A DNA stretch of 64,000 bases from Ostreococcus lucimarinus (taxonomy: Eukaryota), in assembly GCA_000092065.1 (NCBI GenBank), contig CP000584.1. One strand, 5' to 3'. The translations under genes and the position numbers were made by a program. Positions 27,874 to 37,742 of this stretch are shown piece after piece. The notes under the pieces are model-generated. The model was not told the DNA's origin and did no database searches. It saw only the letters and a program-made list of their open reading frames with translations. The first letter of the stretch is position 1, and each line of letters opens with the position of its first letter.

Positions 27874-29991
27874 TTAGCCGTCGTAGCTATCGCACGGCGA
27901 GTCGGGGACGCGACCGTGTCTGAACTTGCACGCGTCGCCGTTCCAGCAGTTGCCACGATCGAAGTGTTTGCAATACACCGGCCCTCGGCGCGGCGGATCG
28001 GGTTTCCTCGCGAAGAGCTCAATGCGCTTCCGCTTTAAACTCTGCTGCTGATGCTGTACGTTTTGTAAACGCTGTTGAATTTGCCGTCCGACGACGTCAC
28101 CGTATCTCGCGCCGTTGTTCATCGCCCCGACGTGTGTCTCTGTCGATGAACGACTCACGACTTCGCCCTCTTCGCCGGGCACCCAAAGCTTTTCTAACGG
28201 ATGCGACACACCGGCGTTTTTGTACTGGAACCCGAGCGCGCGTGCGCACCCTTCTGGTGGTGGCGGTGGAACTTCCGTGGCTTGTGTAATTTGCGCTTTC
28301 ATGATTCGGACATCTCCTTGATTCTCACCCTTAGCCATGGACGTCGGAGGCGGAGGAACGTCGACCATCTGCGCATACGCACGCTCTACGGGGGCCAACG
28401 AAGCGAGAGGATGAGGTGCTTGCTGCGGCGTATTCTTCGCATCTTTCTTCGCCTGCACCGCTGCTTTGTGCATCTTCGAAGTCTGATGCTGCGCCCAGAC
28501 GTTCGCCAAGGACGTAGGCGTAGGCGCATGGACGGTGTGATCGCAAATCTTGCACCGCTTTGAATGTTTGAAATCCTTGGTAGTTTCAGCTTTCAGCTGA
28601 GTTTTCGTCTTCTTCACTTGCACTTTTTCTCCGAGTCTTTCGAAAACAGAAGACGCCGGTGGAACTGGAAGTGACGGTATTGGCGACGACGACAACGATT
28701 GCAAGAGCGCGTGACTCTGCGGTGCGTTGTCTTCTTCCCACTTAATGTGTTGCTCCGCACCCTCGAGTGCAGCGTTCGCTTCTTGCCTCGTGATGCTGGC
28801 GTGAAACGGAATTCCGGCCCGATTTAATCGCGCTATTTGCTCTGTAGTGGCGCGCTGGACAAAAAGAACATCGTTCGCGCTTGGAGCGAGCGCGTGACCG
28901 TGGATCTTCATGAACTGGATGCTCGTCGGCAGCGCGACTTCGACTGGATTTGAGAGCACTTCGCGAATCTTTGTCACCTTATCTGACGACATCGAACCGT
29001 AGGCCGCGATGACGAGCGCTGGAAATAACTTGACTCGCTTCACCAAAGTATCCAAAGCGCAGTCCTTGGACGTTCGATTTTTGAAGAAGTCGCGCGCCTC
29101 CTTTTGTAGTGACGACGGAATCGCCTTGGCTATGAAAGAATCGACCGAATGTTGCTCAAAGAGCGCCTGCGAAAACGCGCGCAACACGCGCCACAAATAT
29201 TGCGCGTCTGTCGTCTTTTCGTCATGCGACATTTCCGTGAGCTGGTCGCTCGCAAAAGCGTCCAGTGCGTGCATCGGACCGCCCAAGTACTGCGAGTGCA
29301 TCGTCACCTTGGTGTCCGCTTCGGTGACGTTGAGCAAAGCCTGCGCCACGTCCTTGCAGCGCGTCGCCTTGTCATCCCACGCACTACCCGCTTTGCTCGA
29401 CGCCGCGCCTCGGGTGCGATCCAACGTGAGCTTCAAAGCGTTCAAAGATGTGATCGCATTGCGACCGTCGCTCTTATTCATCGCCTCGGGCACGCTCTCG
29501 GCGAGCGCGTTCGCCGCGTCTTCGATCGCGCGCACCGTCGACTCCGGCAAGTTCTTCGACATGTCATCGCGAACACCAACGCGCTGCGTCAGATGTCGCG
29601 TATATCGCATCAGTTTTTCGTACGGCGACTCCGCCGGAATGCGCATCTCCGACGGCAATCGATCGTGCGCGTCTCGCACGAGCTCCACCGCGTTCGCGAC
29701 CTCCGCGTCTCGCGTCCGCCCAGATCTCTTACACGCCCGAAACGCATTCGCCACCGCGTGCAGCGCGTCTTGAAATCTCTGTTGTCCCTCCCTGTCCGCC
29801 ACGCGCGTCGTCACGCGCGCGTCGTGCCCGCTCTGCAAACCTCGCGAGAGCGTGTTCGCGAACGCCGCGTCCTCGTCATCCTCCTCCGCCGCCGCCGCCG
29901 CCGCCGCGCGTCGCTTCTTCGCCGTCGGCGTCGCGCGCGCGCCGTCCGCGCGCGCGTCGTCCTCGTCGTCCGAGCTCTCCGCCGCGGGCAT
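27874..29991 (-). CDS. CCCH-type (plus a C2H2 U1-like) zinc-finger protein, probably RNA-binding
   Basis: The 705-aa ORF has an acidic N-terminus. An internal C2H2 is KRCKICDHTVHAPTPTSLANVWAQHQTSKMHK. The C-terminal C-x7-C-x5-C-x3-H finger is VYCKHFDRGNCWNGDACKFRHG. The central region (IHGHALAPSANDVLFVQRATTEQIARLNRAGIPF) may be a NYN/PIN-like nuclease fold, with low certainty. Confidence 0.6.
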   Translation of the reverse strand: MPAAESSDDEDDARADGARATPTAKKRRAAAAAAAEEDDEDAAFANTLSRGLQSGHDARVTTRVADREGQQRFQDALHAVANAFRACKRSGRTRDAEVANAVELVRDAHDRLPSEMRIPAESPYEKLMRYTRHLTQRVGVRDDMSKNLPESTVRAIEDAANALAESVPEAMNKSDGRNAITSLNALKLTLDRTRGAASSKAGSAWDDKATRCKDVAQALLNVTEADTKVTMHSQYLGGPMHALDAFASDQLTEMSHDEKTTDAQYLWRVLRAFSQALFEQHSVDSFIAKAIPSSLQKEARDFFKNRTSKDCALDTLVKRVKLFPALVIAAYGSMSSDKVTKIREVLSNPVEVALPTSIQFMKIHGHALAPSANDVLFVQRATTEQIARLNRAGIPFHASITRQEANAALEGAEQHIKWEEDNAPQSHALLQSLSSSPIPSLPVPPASSVFERLGEKVQVKKTKTQLKAETTKDFKHSKRCKICDHTVHAPTPTSLANVWAQHQTSKMHKAAVQAKKDAKNTPQQAPHPLASLAPVERAYAQMVDVPPPPTSMAKGENQGDVRIMKAQITQATEVPPPPPEGCARALGFQYKNAGVSHPLEKLWVPGEEGEVVSRSSTETHVGAMNNGARYGDVVGRQIQQRLQNVQHQQQSLKRKRIELFARKPDPPRRGPVYCKHFDRGNCWNGDACKFRHGRVPDSPCDSYDG

Positions 29992-30329
29992 GCCCGCGCG
30001 CCTCGCGTTGACCGACGCCGCCGCGCCGCCGCGCGTCGGCGCCTCGCCCGCGCCTCCACCGCCGCCGTCAGCGACCTCGACGTCGCATCCGCGCGCCGAC
30101 GCGTCGCGCGATGCCGACGCGCGACGCGACGCCGCGCGTCGTCGATGTCGCGTCCGTCGCGTCGGATCTCGGTCGCCCCGTCGATGGGTCGCGACTCGAC
30201 GAGAGTCTCACACTACGCGCCTCGTCCCATCATCCACGCGCGCGATCGCGGCGCGGCGATCGCGCGCGTCGGCGAATCGAAACGCGCGATCTCGACGTCG
30301 TCAGCCAATCGAAACGCGCCGTGGGTCTC

Positions 30330-30415
30330 CGGTGATCGCGCGAAAGATCGCGCGAAAAAGCGCTCGCCGCGAAAAAGCGCGCGCGCGACGCGCTTTTTCG
30401 CGCGACGCGTCGCGC
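30330..30415. promoter_or_regulatory. Palindromic cluster of E2F-like TTT(C/G)CGCG sites upstream of the CCCH zinc-finger gene
   Basis: cgcgcgaaagatcgcgcgaaaaagcgctcgccgcgaaaaagcgcgcgcgcgacgcgctttttcgcgcgacgcg contains at least 3 copies of GCGCGAAA / TTTCGCGC arranged as an inverted repeat. The position is about 350-420 bp upstream of the minus-strand start at 29991. Confidence 0.35.
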
Positions 30416-31489
30416 GCGCGAGACGGCGACGCGCGACGACACGCGAAGCGCGCGGGCGCGATCGAAGGGAACGGGCGTTTAGGGAACGCGCGCGAACGGA
30501 CGGACGGACGCGCGGACGGACGGCGGACGGCGGACATGCTGACGCGGGACGACAGCGCGAAGGCGCGACGCGGCGACGATTTCGGAAAGGGCGCGACGCC
30601 GCGGTGCGTGACGGGGTTCGGCGCGAGCGATGGATCGACGACGACGTCGGCGCGATCGACGCCGTCGACGAGCCCGCCGTCGGTGACCGTGGGGGCGTCG
30701 ACGAGCCCGCGACGGGCGCTGCTCGCCGAGGCGCTGCGATCGCGGGCGCGCGATGGCGCGGACGGGGGAACGACGCGCGACGCGCGCGCGCGACGGTCGC
30801 CGAGCGAGGACAGCGAGTATTCGTGCGATGAGAATTTCGTTTTAAAGAGTGCGGGCGGTGGTGTGGATGTCGGCGCGCGCGCGCGCGTTGGGAGCGGGCG
30901 AGACGTCGATGCCGACGTGGCGGTGCGCGAGGCGAGGGACTCGGACGAGGGGGGCTTCGCGTGCGAGTCGCGCGCGGCGTCGACGCCGATCGACATCCCG
31001 CGCGGGAGCGATGGAATGTTACACTGGAAAACATGCGTTCAAACGCGCGAGCGAGCGACGCGGGCCGATGCGCGACGCGCGCGAGGCGACGCGCGAGCGA
31101 GCCCGCCCGTTTTCGGGTGTTCTGACCTAACGACTGACGATCTGGTGTGATTCGACCGAATCCAGGCGCCGAAGACGACCGCTCGAACAGCCGCACGTGG
31201 CTTGACGAAGCGCGAACGAAGCGCGATCAAAGAAACTGATGATGACGACGACGTGTACTTTTTTATGATTCTTCGAATGATGCGCCCGAGACGTCGCGGG
31301 CGGTTTTGCACGCAATAAGGCTTCGAGTCCGCTCCTTCGCGTAATACGCGAAGGAACGATGGAACGCGACGCCTCGTGATTATTTTTTGCCGGTTTAGCT
31401 GGCCCAAGCCATATGTATATTCTGCGCCTCAATATCACTCCTTTCGCGCCGAGCAGTGCTGGCACTTGTGTCGATGTAAACTAACATGT

Positions 31490-34400
31490 TCAATTTTCAA
31501 ATTCTAAGACTTGCGCTTCGTTCGCGTCGCACTGTACCGCCATCGCGAGGAGAGGACCAATTTGAACGGTGAATAAATCGCAGAGAGCGTTCGATAGCTC
31601 GCTTGGTTTATCCTCACGCCGAATGAGGGCGGTAAGGAGCGGGTAGATATCGGAGAGGTGCGTTTTGAAACTCGCCGCGTCGAGCGAGCGAACGGCGTCG
31701 AGCGCGTCGACGCACACCTGCGAGTACACGCGCGAGTACTCGCGCAAGTCGACGTCCGATGTCACGGTCTGTAAGCATTCGTAGTTCTTGAATGCGACCG
31801 ACGCGGTGCGCGCGAGCTGATTCGATCGCGCTTCAGATCCATTCGCCGTTACTTGCAAACCGGCGAGCGTACGGAGCGCCAGAGACGCGGCGCTCGCTTC
31901 GACGCCGAGGACGTGTGGACGGGCTTCGTGAATGATGGCTGACACGCGCGGTATCGTTTCGTGCTCGCTGAAACATATGAGCGAAAGTGATGCCTTTGAT
32001 GCGGTGGCGTACACACCTTCAAGAACATCGAGTAACACGAAGAGTGTGTCGACGTTGAAAGACGCGCGCGACGACGCCTCGGCAGACAAGTCGTACGCGG
32101 CGGACACCAGGAGCGCTTGAGTCTTAACGCGCACGATCGCCGCATTGACGTTCACCTCCCATGCGGCATCATCGTGACCTCGAATGAAAACGTCGAAGTC
32201 AGGCGTTGTTTCACCGAAAGCCTTCTTCAGCGCCTCCATGCACTGGTGCCACTCTCGCTCCTTGATTGACGAAGCGCCATTGATGAGCAAGCGCTTGAAA
32301 GCCACGACGCCGCACGCGGCGAGCTGCTCGTGCGAACGCGACGCGAGACCGCACAATAGCTCGAGCAAATCTGGCATAACTCCGGCCTCGACGATTGGTT
32401 CGTGAAACTGCACCGCCAAATCGACGACGAGTTCAAGACAACGCGTACACGTGCCGTACAACCAATCATCGATGTCCTCCGCCGCTACTTCGTACTCGAC
32501 ATCGCCGCCAATCGTTCTCGTGCTCGGCATGATATCCGCACGGACGTGATCAAATATAGGGAAAAGAATGCGTCCGTACACGCGTGACCAAAACCCAGGA
32601 GCGAACGAGCCGCCGTGGAACTTGAGCGTGTCGAACAACACCTCGAGCGCTGAGGTGCGAATTTCTGCGCGAGGGTCAAACGTGAGCTCAGAAAGTCCAG
32701 CCAAAAGAGGGAACCAAAAGTATGTGTGCGCATCGGCGTCTGTGAAACACGTCGTGGTGACTGTTGACTTCATCTGTGTCACTTCCACGACACCATCCGT
32801 CGCGAGCTGCTTCTCCGTCGCGGCGGTTTCTTCCAAGTCTCCGAGCGCGCCTTCGGCGAGCTTGAGAGCGCAAAAGCGCAGAAACGCGAGGGCGTTCAAG
32901 CAAACTTCCGAACCCGCCTCAGAGTTTGTGAACGCAACGAGACAATTGACGCAGTCGGTAAACGCCACTGTATCGGTTTCGATGATGTAGTGAAAATGCT
33001 CGCGAATAATTCGCTCGATGGTCTGGAACGCCAGCGCCACGATTTGGCTACTTTCGTCCGCCGCCGCCGTGGTGAACACCATGAACATCGACTTCCAACC
33101 AGACTTGATATGCGCCACGCGAGCCTGCACCATCTGCGAAACACACCGAATGATGAGCTCTCTGATTTCGACAGCCGGAGACTGACGCATGACGATGACA
33201 AATGGTCGCAAAAATTCGTTTTGGAACGAGTAGTTGGCCAATTCGGTACGACTTAAGAATTTCATGGCGAGCTGTCGAAGAGAGTCGACTACTTGCATGG
33301 ATATTTGCAAGTTTGGCGAGCATCCCACCTTGACAAAGAAGTCGCTCAACACTTGCCATACTCTGGCCCAGATAAAACGAATACGATCCATGTTGAATGA
33401 AGCAACCTCGACAATCTTTCCGAGCGCGTACGCTCTCGGATGATTTGAAGACGTTTCTTCAATAGCAAGTTCACACAAGCTTCGAACGAAACCCACGATA
33501 GCATCACCGCTGAGATTGACGCTGGCGTGGAACAAATGATCAAGTTCATCGGGATGAAGTTGTTCGAGCACAGCTCGATCAGGTGGGTTCAAACCATCCA
33601 AGCCAAGTAAATCAAACTTTTGTTCGACCTCGACAGTGCTCGACGAATCGTCTCGCACGTTAACGTTGCTTGACTGCGGTGCGAGTGGAGACTTCAGTGC
33701 TCGGTCTGATGATATCGAACGCCGGAAGAGCCTAGGCCGGGCTTGTTTTTGTGCGTCGTCATCTCTACTGTATCCGGACTCCGAAAACAACGAACTATCG
33801 TTGAAACCGCTCGCGAGCGCATACAGATGCTCGTATCTACTCACACAAGCCAGAATTGTAGTCCACATGTCCCCGAGATCGTTTCCATTTTCGATCGCAA
33901 CGCGCACTAAAGTCTTCACCGCGATGACATTCTTCGTACGCATTGAGTGTGCATGATGCAAAGAAGTCAACTTTGTAAGGGACGCGATAAATGTGTCTCG
34001 AGTCTCTTGCATGCCGAGCGTCGAAGTGACGCTGATGACTCTTCGGAAACACTCCAAACAGTTCGATATCACGGACACACTTTCACTGTCTTCAAATGCA
34101 GTACCAAGCAGCGACAGTATGGGATTCCAGATCAATTCAAGCATCGGTTTCGCGCACCCGGCCTCCACGACGGTCAGAAAGCCTTTCGTCGTTGCGGCCC
34201 GCGCGCGAACTTGACTTATCAAATCGGCGGTGTCGATTTGTATTGTTTCTTCTTCTCGCTTACCAGACATGAGCGAAAAGAGGACATCCATACCTAATCT
34301 AGCGGAAAAGTTGTTCTTATCTTTCTTTTCCGCGGCGCTCAGAGCCACCTCTGCTGGCTCCTTCAATTTGATCTCGTTATTCACGATGCGGTCGTACAAA

Positions 34401-36775
34401 TCCTCGAGCACCTCGCTCGGCAAGTCTTGTCCGTCGTCGATCCCTCTGTTATTCCGAACAAACCCTTCCTTGGTCATTTTATTCTTAACCTGTGGGTTAT
34501 GCGCGTCCGTATTAAGCATGATGACAGAAAACGCCAAGACGTAAGCGGTGTCGGCACTCTTGTACACTTCCGGATTCAACTTATGGTAGCGCTCGGCAAA
34601 CTTCTCCATGAGCCTATCGATTTTTTGAGACTCACCTGGGAGGCGAAAGCCTTCTAAAAACTTGCGAATCGCGTCGTCAAGAGTTAGAGATGTGAAATCT
34701 AGCGCGTCAACGTATGCGTGCATGACCTGTAGCATCGGATCGTCGCGTTCACCCAAGTAATCGCCGACTACAGTCTTGTCCAGCCCAGGCGTCGTGCGTA
34801 AGAACTCGGCTATTTCATTGTGAGACGTCCCAAGGCGCCCAATCGATTGCAGATAAGCCAGACCTTTCTTCGCTTTCTTGTTGAAGAGAGTGATTCCCTC
34901 TTGGAACTCTTGCTTATCAGCCTTGAGCTTCGCTATGCTATCACCCAGATCCGCCGGGCTGCTCGTCTTCAAAGGTGTCGAAAATCCAGACTCAGATTCT
35001 TCCACGACGTCGTGCTGACTATCGCTCGTGCTCGCGTCGCCACCACTTTGTACCCTCACCCAATCGTCAAGTGATGCGACGAGGGTCGTCAAACATTCAA
35101 GCGCTTCGAGCTTGAGCACGGACTCGCGGGCCGCCTCTGGGCCGCTCGCCTGACTGACATCGACACCCTGCGCGATGCGAACCAAGGACAGAACACAGCG
35201 CTCGAACACGTTTTGGCTGTCTAAATCGCAGTCATAGTTCACGAAGAGATCAACCATGAGCTGCGAGTCGGCGCAGATGATTTGAAATCCCTTGACGAGC
35301 GTCGCGCGTTGATTGTATGCGCTCAACGGCGCGCCCTCCACGAGCTCGAGCGGCTTGAGCAACAACATAGGGAAAAAGAAACCAATTTCAGCCTTGAGGT
35401 AGGCCCGGTATCGAGTAAGCAGAGTCAAAAAGATTGAGCACGCTAGCTGATACGCTTCTGGAACATTAGGTGTCGCGTTGCTGACGATTGCGTCGCACAG
35501 ATATTCACGCATGGCGTCGGCAAAACGTGAGCTCGAAGAAAATGCATCCCCGGCGTTTTCGATGATAATCTTGAGCAACTGCAGCGACAACACTTTGCTT
35601 CGAACGAGCGCAACACCATTGACGTCGGAGCCTGGTTTTTTCGAGAGCTTGCACAGCGACCTAAAAACTAAAAAGGCATCTGTTTCGAGCTCAGAAGCTT
35701 GTTCTGTGCCCGAGGTGCGAGCGGGCGTCATAGCTCCCGGCGAAAACGCGTCCAACGACTGCGTCACCGCGTTCGGAGTCATAGGGGCGGTATCATTATC
35801 GAATTCGCTCTCCGTAATCTCGTGCTCGATTGCGTCCGATTTCACCACCGCGTCTGGGTCTGAAAAGTAATTGAACGATCCCACCGAATTCATATCCGTC
35901 GTGACTTTATTTACGAACGACTGTACCGCTGCCGACATGGCCGTAACGCCGTCAACTTCGGCTTCGGAACCAATCGGTCGAAGCAGGTCCGCAACGACAA
36001 TAGTCGGCGCTGAAGCGTGCGGGTCATCCGCCTCCAAACGATGAAAAACAGTCGTCAACATTTGCGTTAGCGTCGCCTTGGCTGTGTTTTGATTCACCTC
36101 TGACTTGCTCGAAAGGTAAATGTTGTAGCACGTCCGCACGACGCGCAAGAGCGCTCTATCGTGCACCTCGAACGTACGACTGCTCACTGCGGTGAGTATG
36201 CCCTTCAACACTTGTAACTCGACCGCCTCGTCTCGCACCTCCGCGGCGCCGCAGATCGCGTCCACGATTTCACCCGCGTGATTTCGCGCACCCGACGGCT
36301 CCGATTCGTCCCGCTCGCGCGACGCCGCGACCGTATCGCTCGCAACGTCGCCGTCATCCCGCGCGTCGACATCAGCCACGGCCTCCGCTCGTCCAGCCGC
36401 GTCGCTCGTCGACTCGAACCGCTCCAGCGTCCCGCCCGCGAGCGTCGCCCGTCCCTCCACCAAACCTCTCGAGATGAGCACCTGCACCGCTCCCAGCGCG
36501 GCCGCGATCACGCTCGCCGACCCGCTGTCCATCGCCGCGCGCAGTGGTGGCAGCACGACATCCATCTGCGCCTCTCGCAGCGCGTCCCCGCGTCCGCTCG
36601 TCGTCGTCGTCGTCGTCGTCGACGCCTTCGTCCCCAACGATTCAAACGTCCCATCCCGCGTCATCGCTCGCACCGCATCGATCGCATCGATGATAGCCGC
36701 GTGTTTCTTCGTCCCGCACGCGCGCTGGACGCGCTCGAGCGCGCCCTCGACGACGTCCACCGCGCCAGATGGCAT
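31490..36775 (-). CDS. Sec7-domain ARF guanine-nucleotide exchange factor, BIG/GBF (brefeldin-A-inhibited GEF) type
   Basis: The 1761-aa ORF has a central canonical Sec7 domain (FNKKAKKGLAYLQSIGRL...LGERDDPMLQVMHAYVDALDF...FRLPGESQKIDRLMEKFAERY...AYVLAFSVIMLNTDAHNPQVKNKMTKEGF) flanked by DCB/HUS and HDS-type helical regions. Confidence 0.95.
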   Translation of the reverse strand: MPSGAVDVVEGALERVQRACGTKKHAAIIDAIDAVRAMTRDGTFESLGTKASTTTTTTTSGRGDALREAQMDVVLPPLRAAMDSGSASVIAAALGAVQVLISRGLVEGRATLAGGTLERFESTSDAAGRAEAVADVDARDDGDVASDTVAASRERDESEPSGARNHAGEIVDAICGAAEVRDEAVELQVLKGILTAVSSRTFEVHDRALLRVVRTCYNIYLSSKSEVNQNTAKATLTQMLTTVFHRLEADDPHASAPTIVVADLLRPIGSEAEVDGVTAMSAAVQSFVNKVTTDMNSVGSFNYFSDPDAVVKSDAIEHEITESEFDNDTAPMTPNAVTQSLDAFSPGAMTPARTSGTEQASELETDAFLVFRSLCKLSKKPGSDVNGVALVRSKVLSLQLLKIIIENAGDAFSSSSRFADAMREYLCDAIVSNATPNVPEAYQLACSIFLTLLTRYRAYLKAEIGFFFPMLLLKPLELVEGAPLSAYNQRATLVKGFQIICADSQLMVDLFVNYDCDLDSQNVFERCVLSLVRIAQGVDVSQASGPEAARESVLKLEALECLTTLVASLDDWVRVQSGGDASTSDSQHDVVEESESGFSTPLKTSSPADLGDSIAKLKADKQEFQEGITLFNKKAKKGLAYLQSIGRLGTSHNEIAEFLRTTPGLDKTVVGDYLGERDDPMLQVMHAYVDALDFTSLTLDDAIRKFLEGFRLPGESQKIDRLMEKFAERYHKLNPEVYKSADTAYVLAFSVIMLNTDAHNPQVKNKMTKEGFVRNNRGIDDGQDLPSEVLEDLYDRIVNNEIKLKEPAEVALSAAEKKDKNNFSARLGMDVLFSLMSGKREEETIQIDTADLISQVRARAATTKGFLTVVEAGCAKPMLELIWNPILSLLGTAFEDSESVSVISNCLECFRRVISVTSTLGMQETRDTFIASLTKLTSLHHAHSMRTKNVIAVKTLVRVAIENGNDLGDMWTTILACVSRYEHLYALASGFNDSSLFSESGYSRDDDAQKQARPRLFRRSISSDRALKSPLAPQSSNVNVRDDSSSTVEVEQKFDLLGLDGLNPPDRAVLEQLHPDELDHLFHASVNLSGDAIVGFVRSLCELAIEETSSNHPRAYALGKIVEVASFNMDRIRFIWARVWQVLSDFFVKVGCSPNLQISMQVVDSLRQLAMKFLSRTELANYSFQNEFLRPFVIVMRQSPAVEIRELIIRCVSQMVQARVAHIKSGWKSMFMVFTTAAADESSQIVALAFQTIERIIREHFHYIIETDTVAFTDCVNCLVAFTNSEAGSEVCLNALAFLRFCALKLAEGALGDLEETAATEKQLATDGVVEVTQMKSTVTTTCFTDADAHTYFWFPLLAGLSELTFDPRAEIRTSALEVLFDTLKFHGGSFAPGFWSRVYGRILFPIFDHVRADIMPSTRTIGGDVEYEVAAEDIDDWLYGTCTRCLELVVDLAVQFHEPIVEAGVMPDLLELLCGLASRSHEQLAACGVVAFKRLLINGASSIKEREWHQCMEALKKAFGETTPDFDVFIRGHDDAAWEVNVNAAIVRVKTQALLVSAAYDLSAEASSRASFNVDTLFVLLDVLEGVYATASKASLSLICFSEHETIPRVSAIIHEARPHVLGVEASAASLALRTLAGLQVTANGSEARSNQLARTASVAFKNYECLQTVTSDVDLREYSRVYSQVCVDALDAVRSLDAASFKTHLSDIYPLLTALIRREDKPSELSNALCDLFTVQIGPLLAMAVQCDANEAQVLEFEN

Positions 36776-36810
36776 CTTTCGATTCGCTCGAGAATCGCCG
36801 CCTCACGTCA

Positions 36811-36870
36811 CCGTCTCGCGCGTTCGCGACGCGTTCGCGATCGACGCGCGTTCGCGATCTCGCGCGTTCG
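36811..36870. promoter_or_regulatory. Tandemly reiterated GCGTTCGCGA motif in the shared divergent promoter of the Sec7-GEF and TRAPPC2 genes
   Basis: ccgtctcgcgcgttcgcgacgcgttcgcgatcgacgcgcgttcgcgatctcgcgcgttcgcgcg. The core cgcgttcgcga occurs at least 4 times within about 60 bp, between the start codons at 36775 (-) and 36985 (+). Confidence 0.45.
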
Positions 36871-36984
36871 CGCGCGCGCGCCGGGCGCGGTCGCGGCGTC
36901 GCGCGTCGCGGTGTCGCGGTCGCGGAGTCGGCGACCGCGATGTCGTGGCGCGAGTAATCCGCATTCGGCGCCTCTCGACGCGCG

Positions 36985-37533
36985 ATGTCGTACTTCGCGC
37001 TCACGGTGGTGAGCGCGAACGACGTCCCGATATACACGCGCGACTTCACCGCGCGCGAAGACGACGGCGCGCGCGCGGAGGTGCGTCTGAGGGCGAATGT
37101 TTGTTCGAACGCGCGAAGGATGCGAGACCGCGCTCGGAAGACTGACGACGACGACGACGACGACGACGCGCAGACGAGCGCGCCGCTGGACGCGCCGATG
37201 CGCGAACTCGTCGTGCGCGCGGCGCTCGATTTCGTGGACGAACGGTCGTGGGAGACGAACGCGACGTACCTGCGCGTGGTGGATCGATTCAACGACGTCG
37301 ACGCGCACGCGCACTGCGCGCCGACGCGCGCGCGCATGGTGTTGCTCACGAACGGCGCGAGGACGAGCGGAGGCGAGGAAGCGGTGCGAGGGTTTTTCGG
37401 GGAAGTGCACGAGGCGCTGGCGATCGCGACGATGAATCCGATGCTCGGCGAGGACGAGGCGTTGGGGAGCGCGTTCGACGAGCGAGCGCGGTCGGCGGCG
37501 GCGCGGCGGTTGGGCGCGCGCGCGCCCGAGTGA
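36985..37533 (+). CDS. TRAPPC2: TRAPP complex subunit 2 (sedlin)
   Basis: MSYFALTVVSANDVPIY...ELVVRAALDFVDERSWETNATYLRVVDRFNDV...GFFGEVHEALAIATMNPM...SAFDER aligns with human sedlin ([31 protein letters not shown]...NFFTDVYDLYIKFSMNPF...SAFDRK). An inserted poly-Asp loop is present. Confidence 0.8.
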   Translation: MSYFALTVVSANDVPIYTRDFTAREDDGARAEVRLRANVCSNARRMRDRARKTDDDDDDDDAQTSAPLDAPMRELVVRAALDFVDERSWETNATYLRVVDRFNDVDAHAHCAPTRARMVLLTNGARTSGGEEAVRGFFGEVHEALAIATMNPMLGEDEALGSAFDERARSAAARRLGARAPE

Positions 37534-37742
37534 AGAGCGCGGAGAGCGATGGTGTGTAGATGATGTATTTTATATAGTCATAGTCGTGGTCATAGTCGTC
37601 GTAGCGCCGCGTGCGGTGCGCGTTAGGAATCAACCGTCGGTTCCGGTTCGCGACGAAACGACGCGACGCGTCGCGGCGACGCTCGCGACGGCGCTCGACG
37701 CCACACCGCGACGCGCGCGAACCGCCGTCGACGCGCGAAGCG

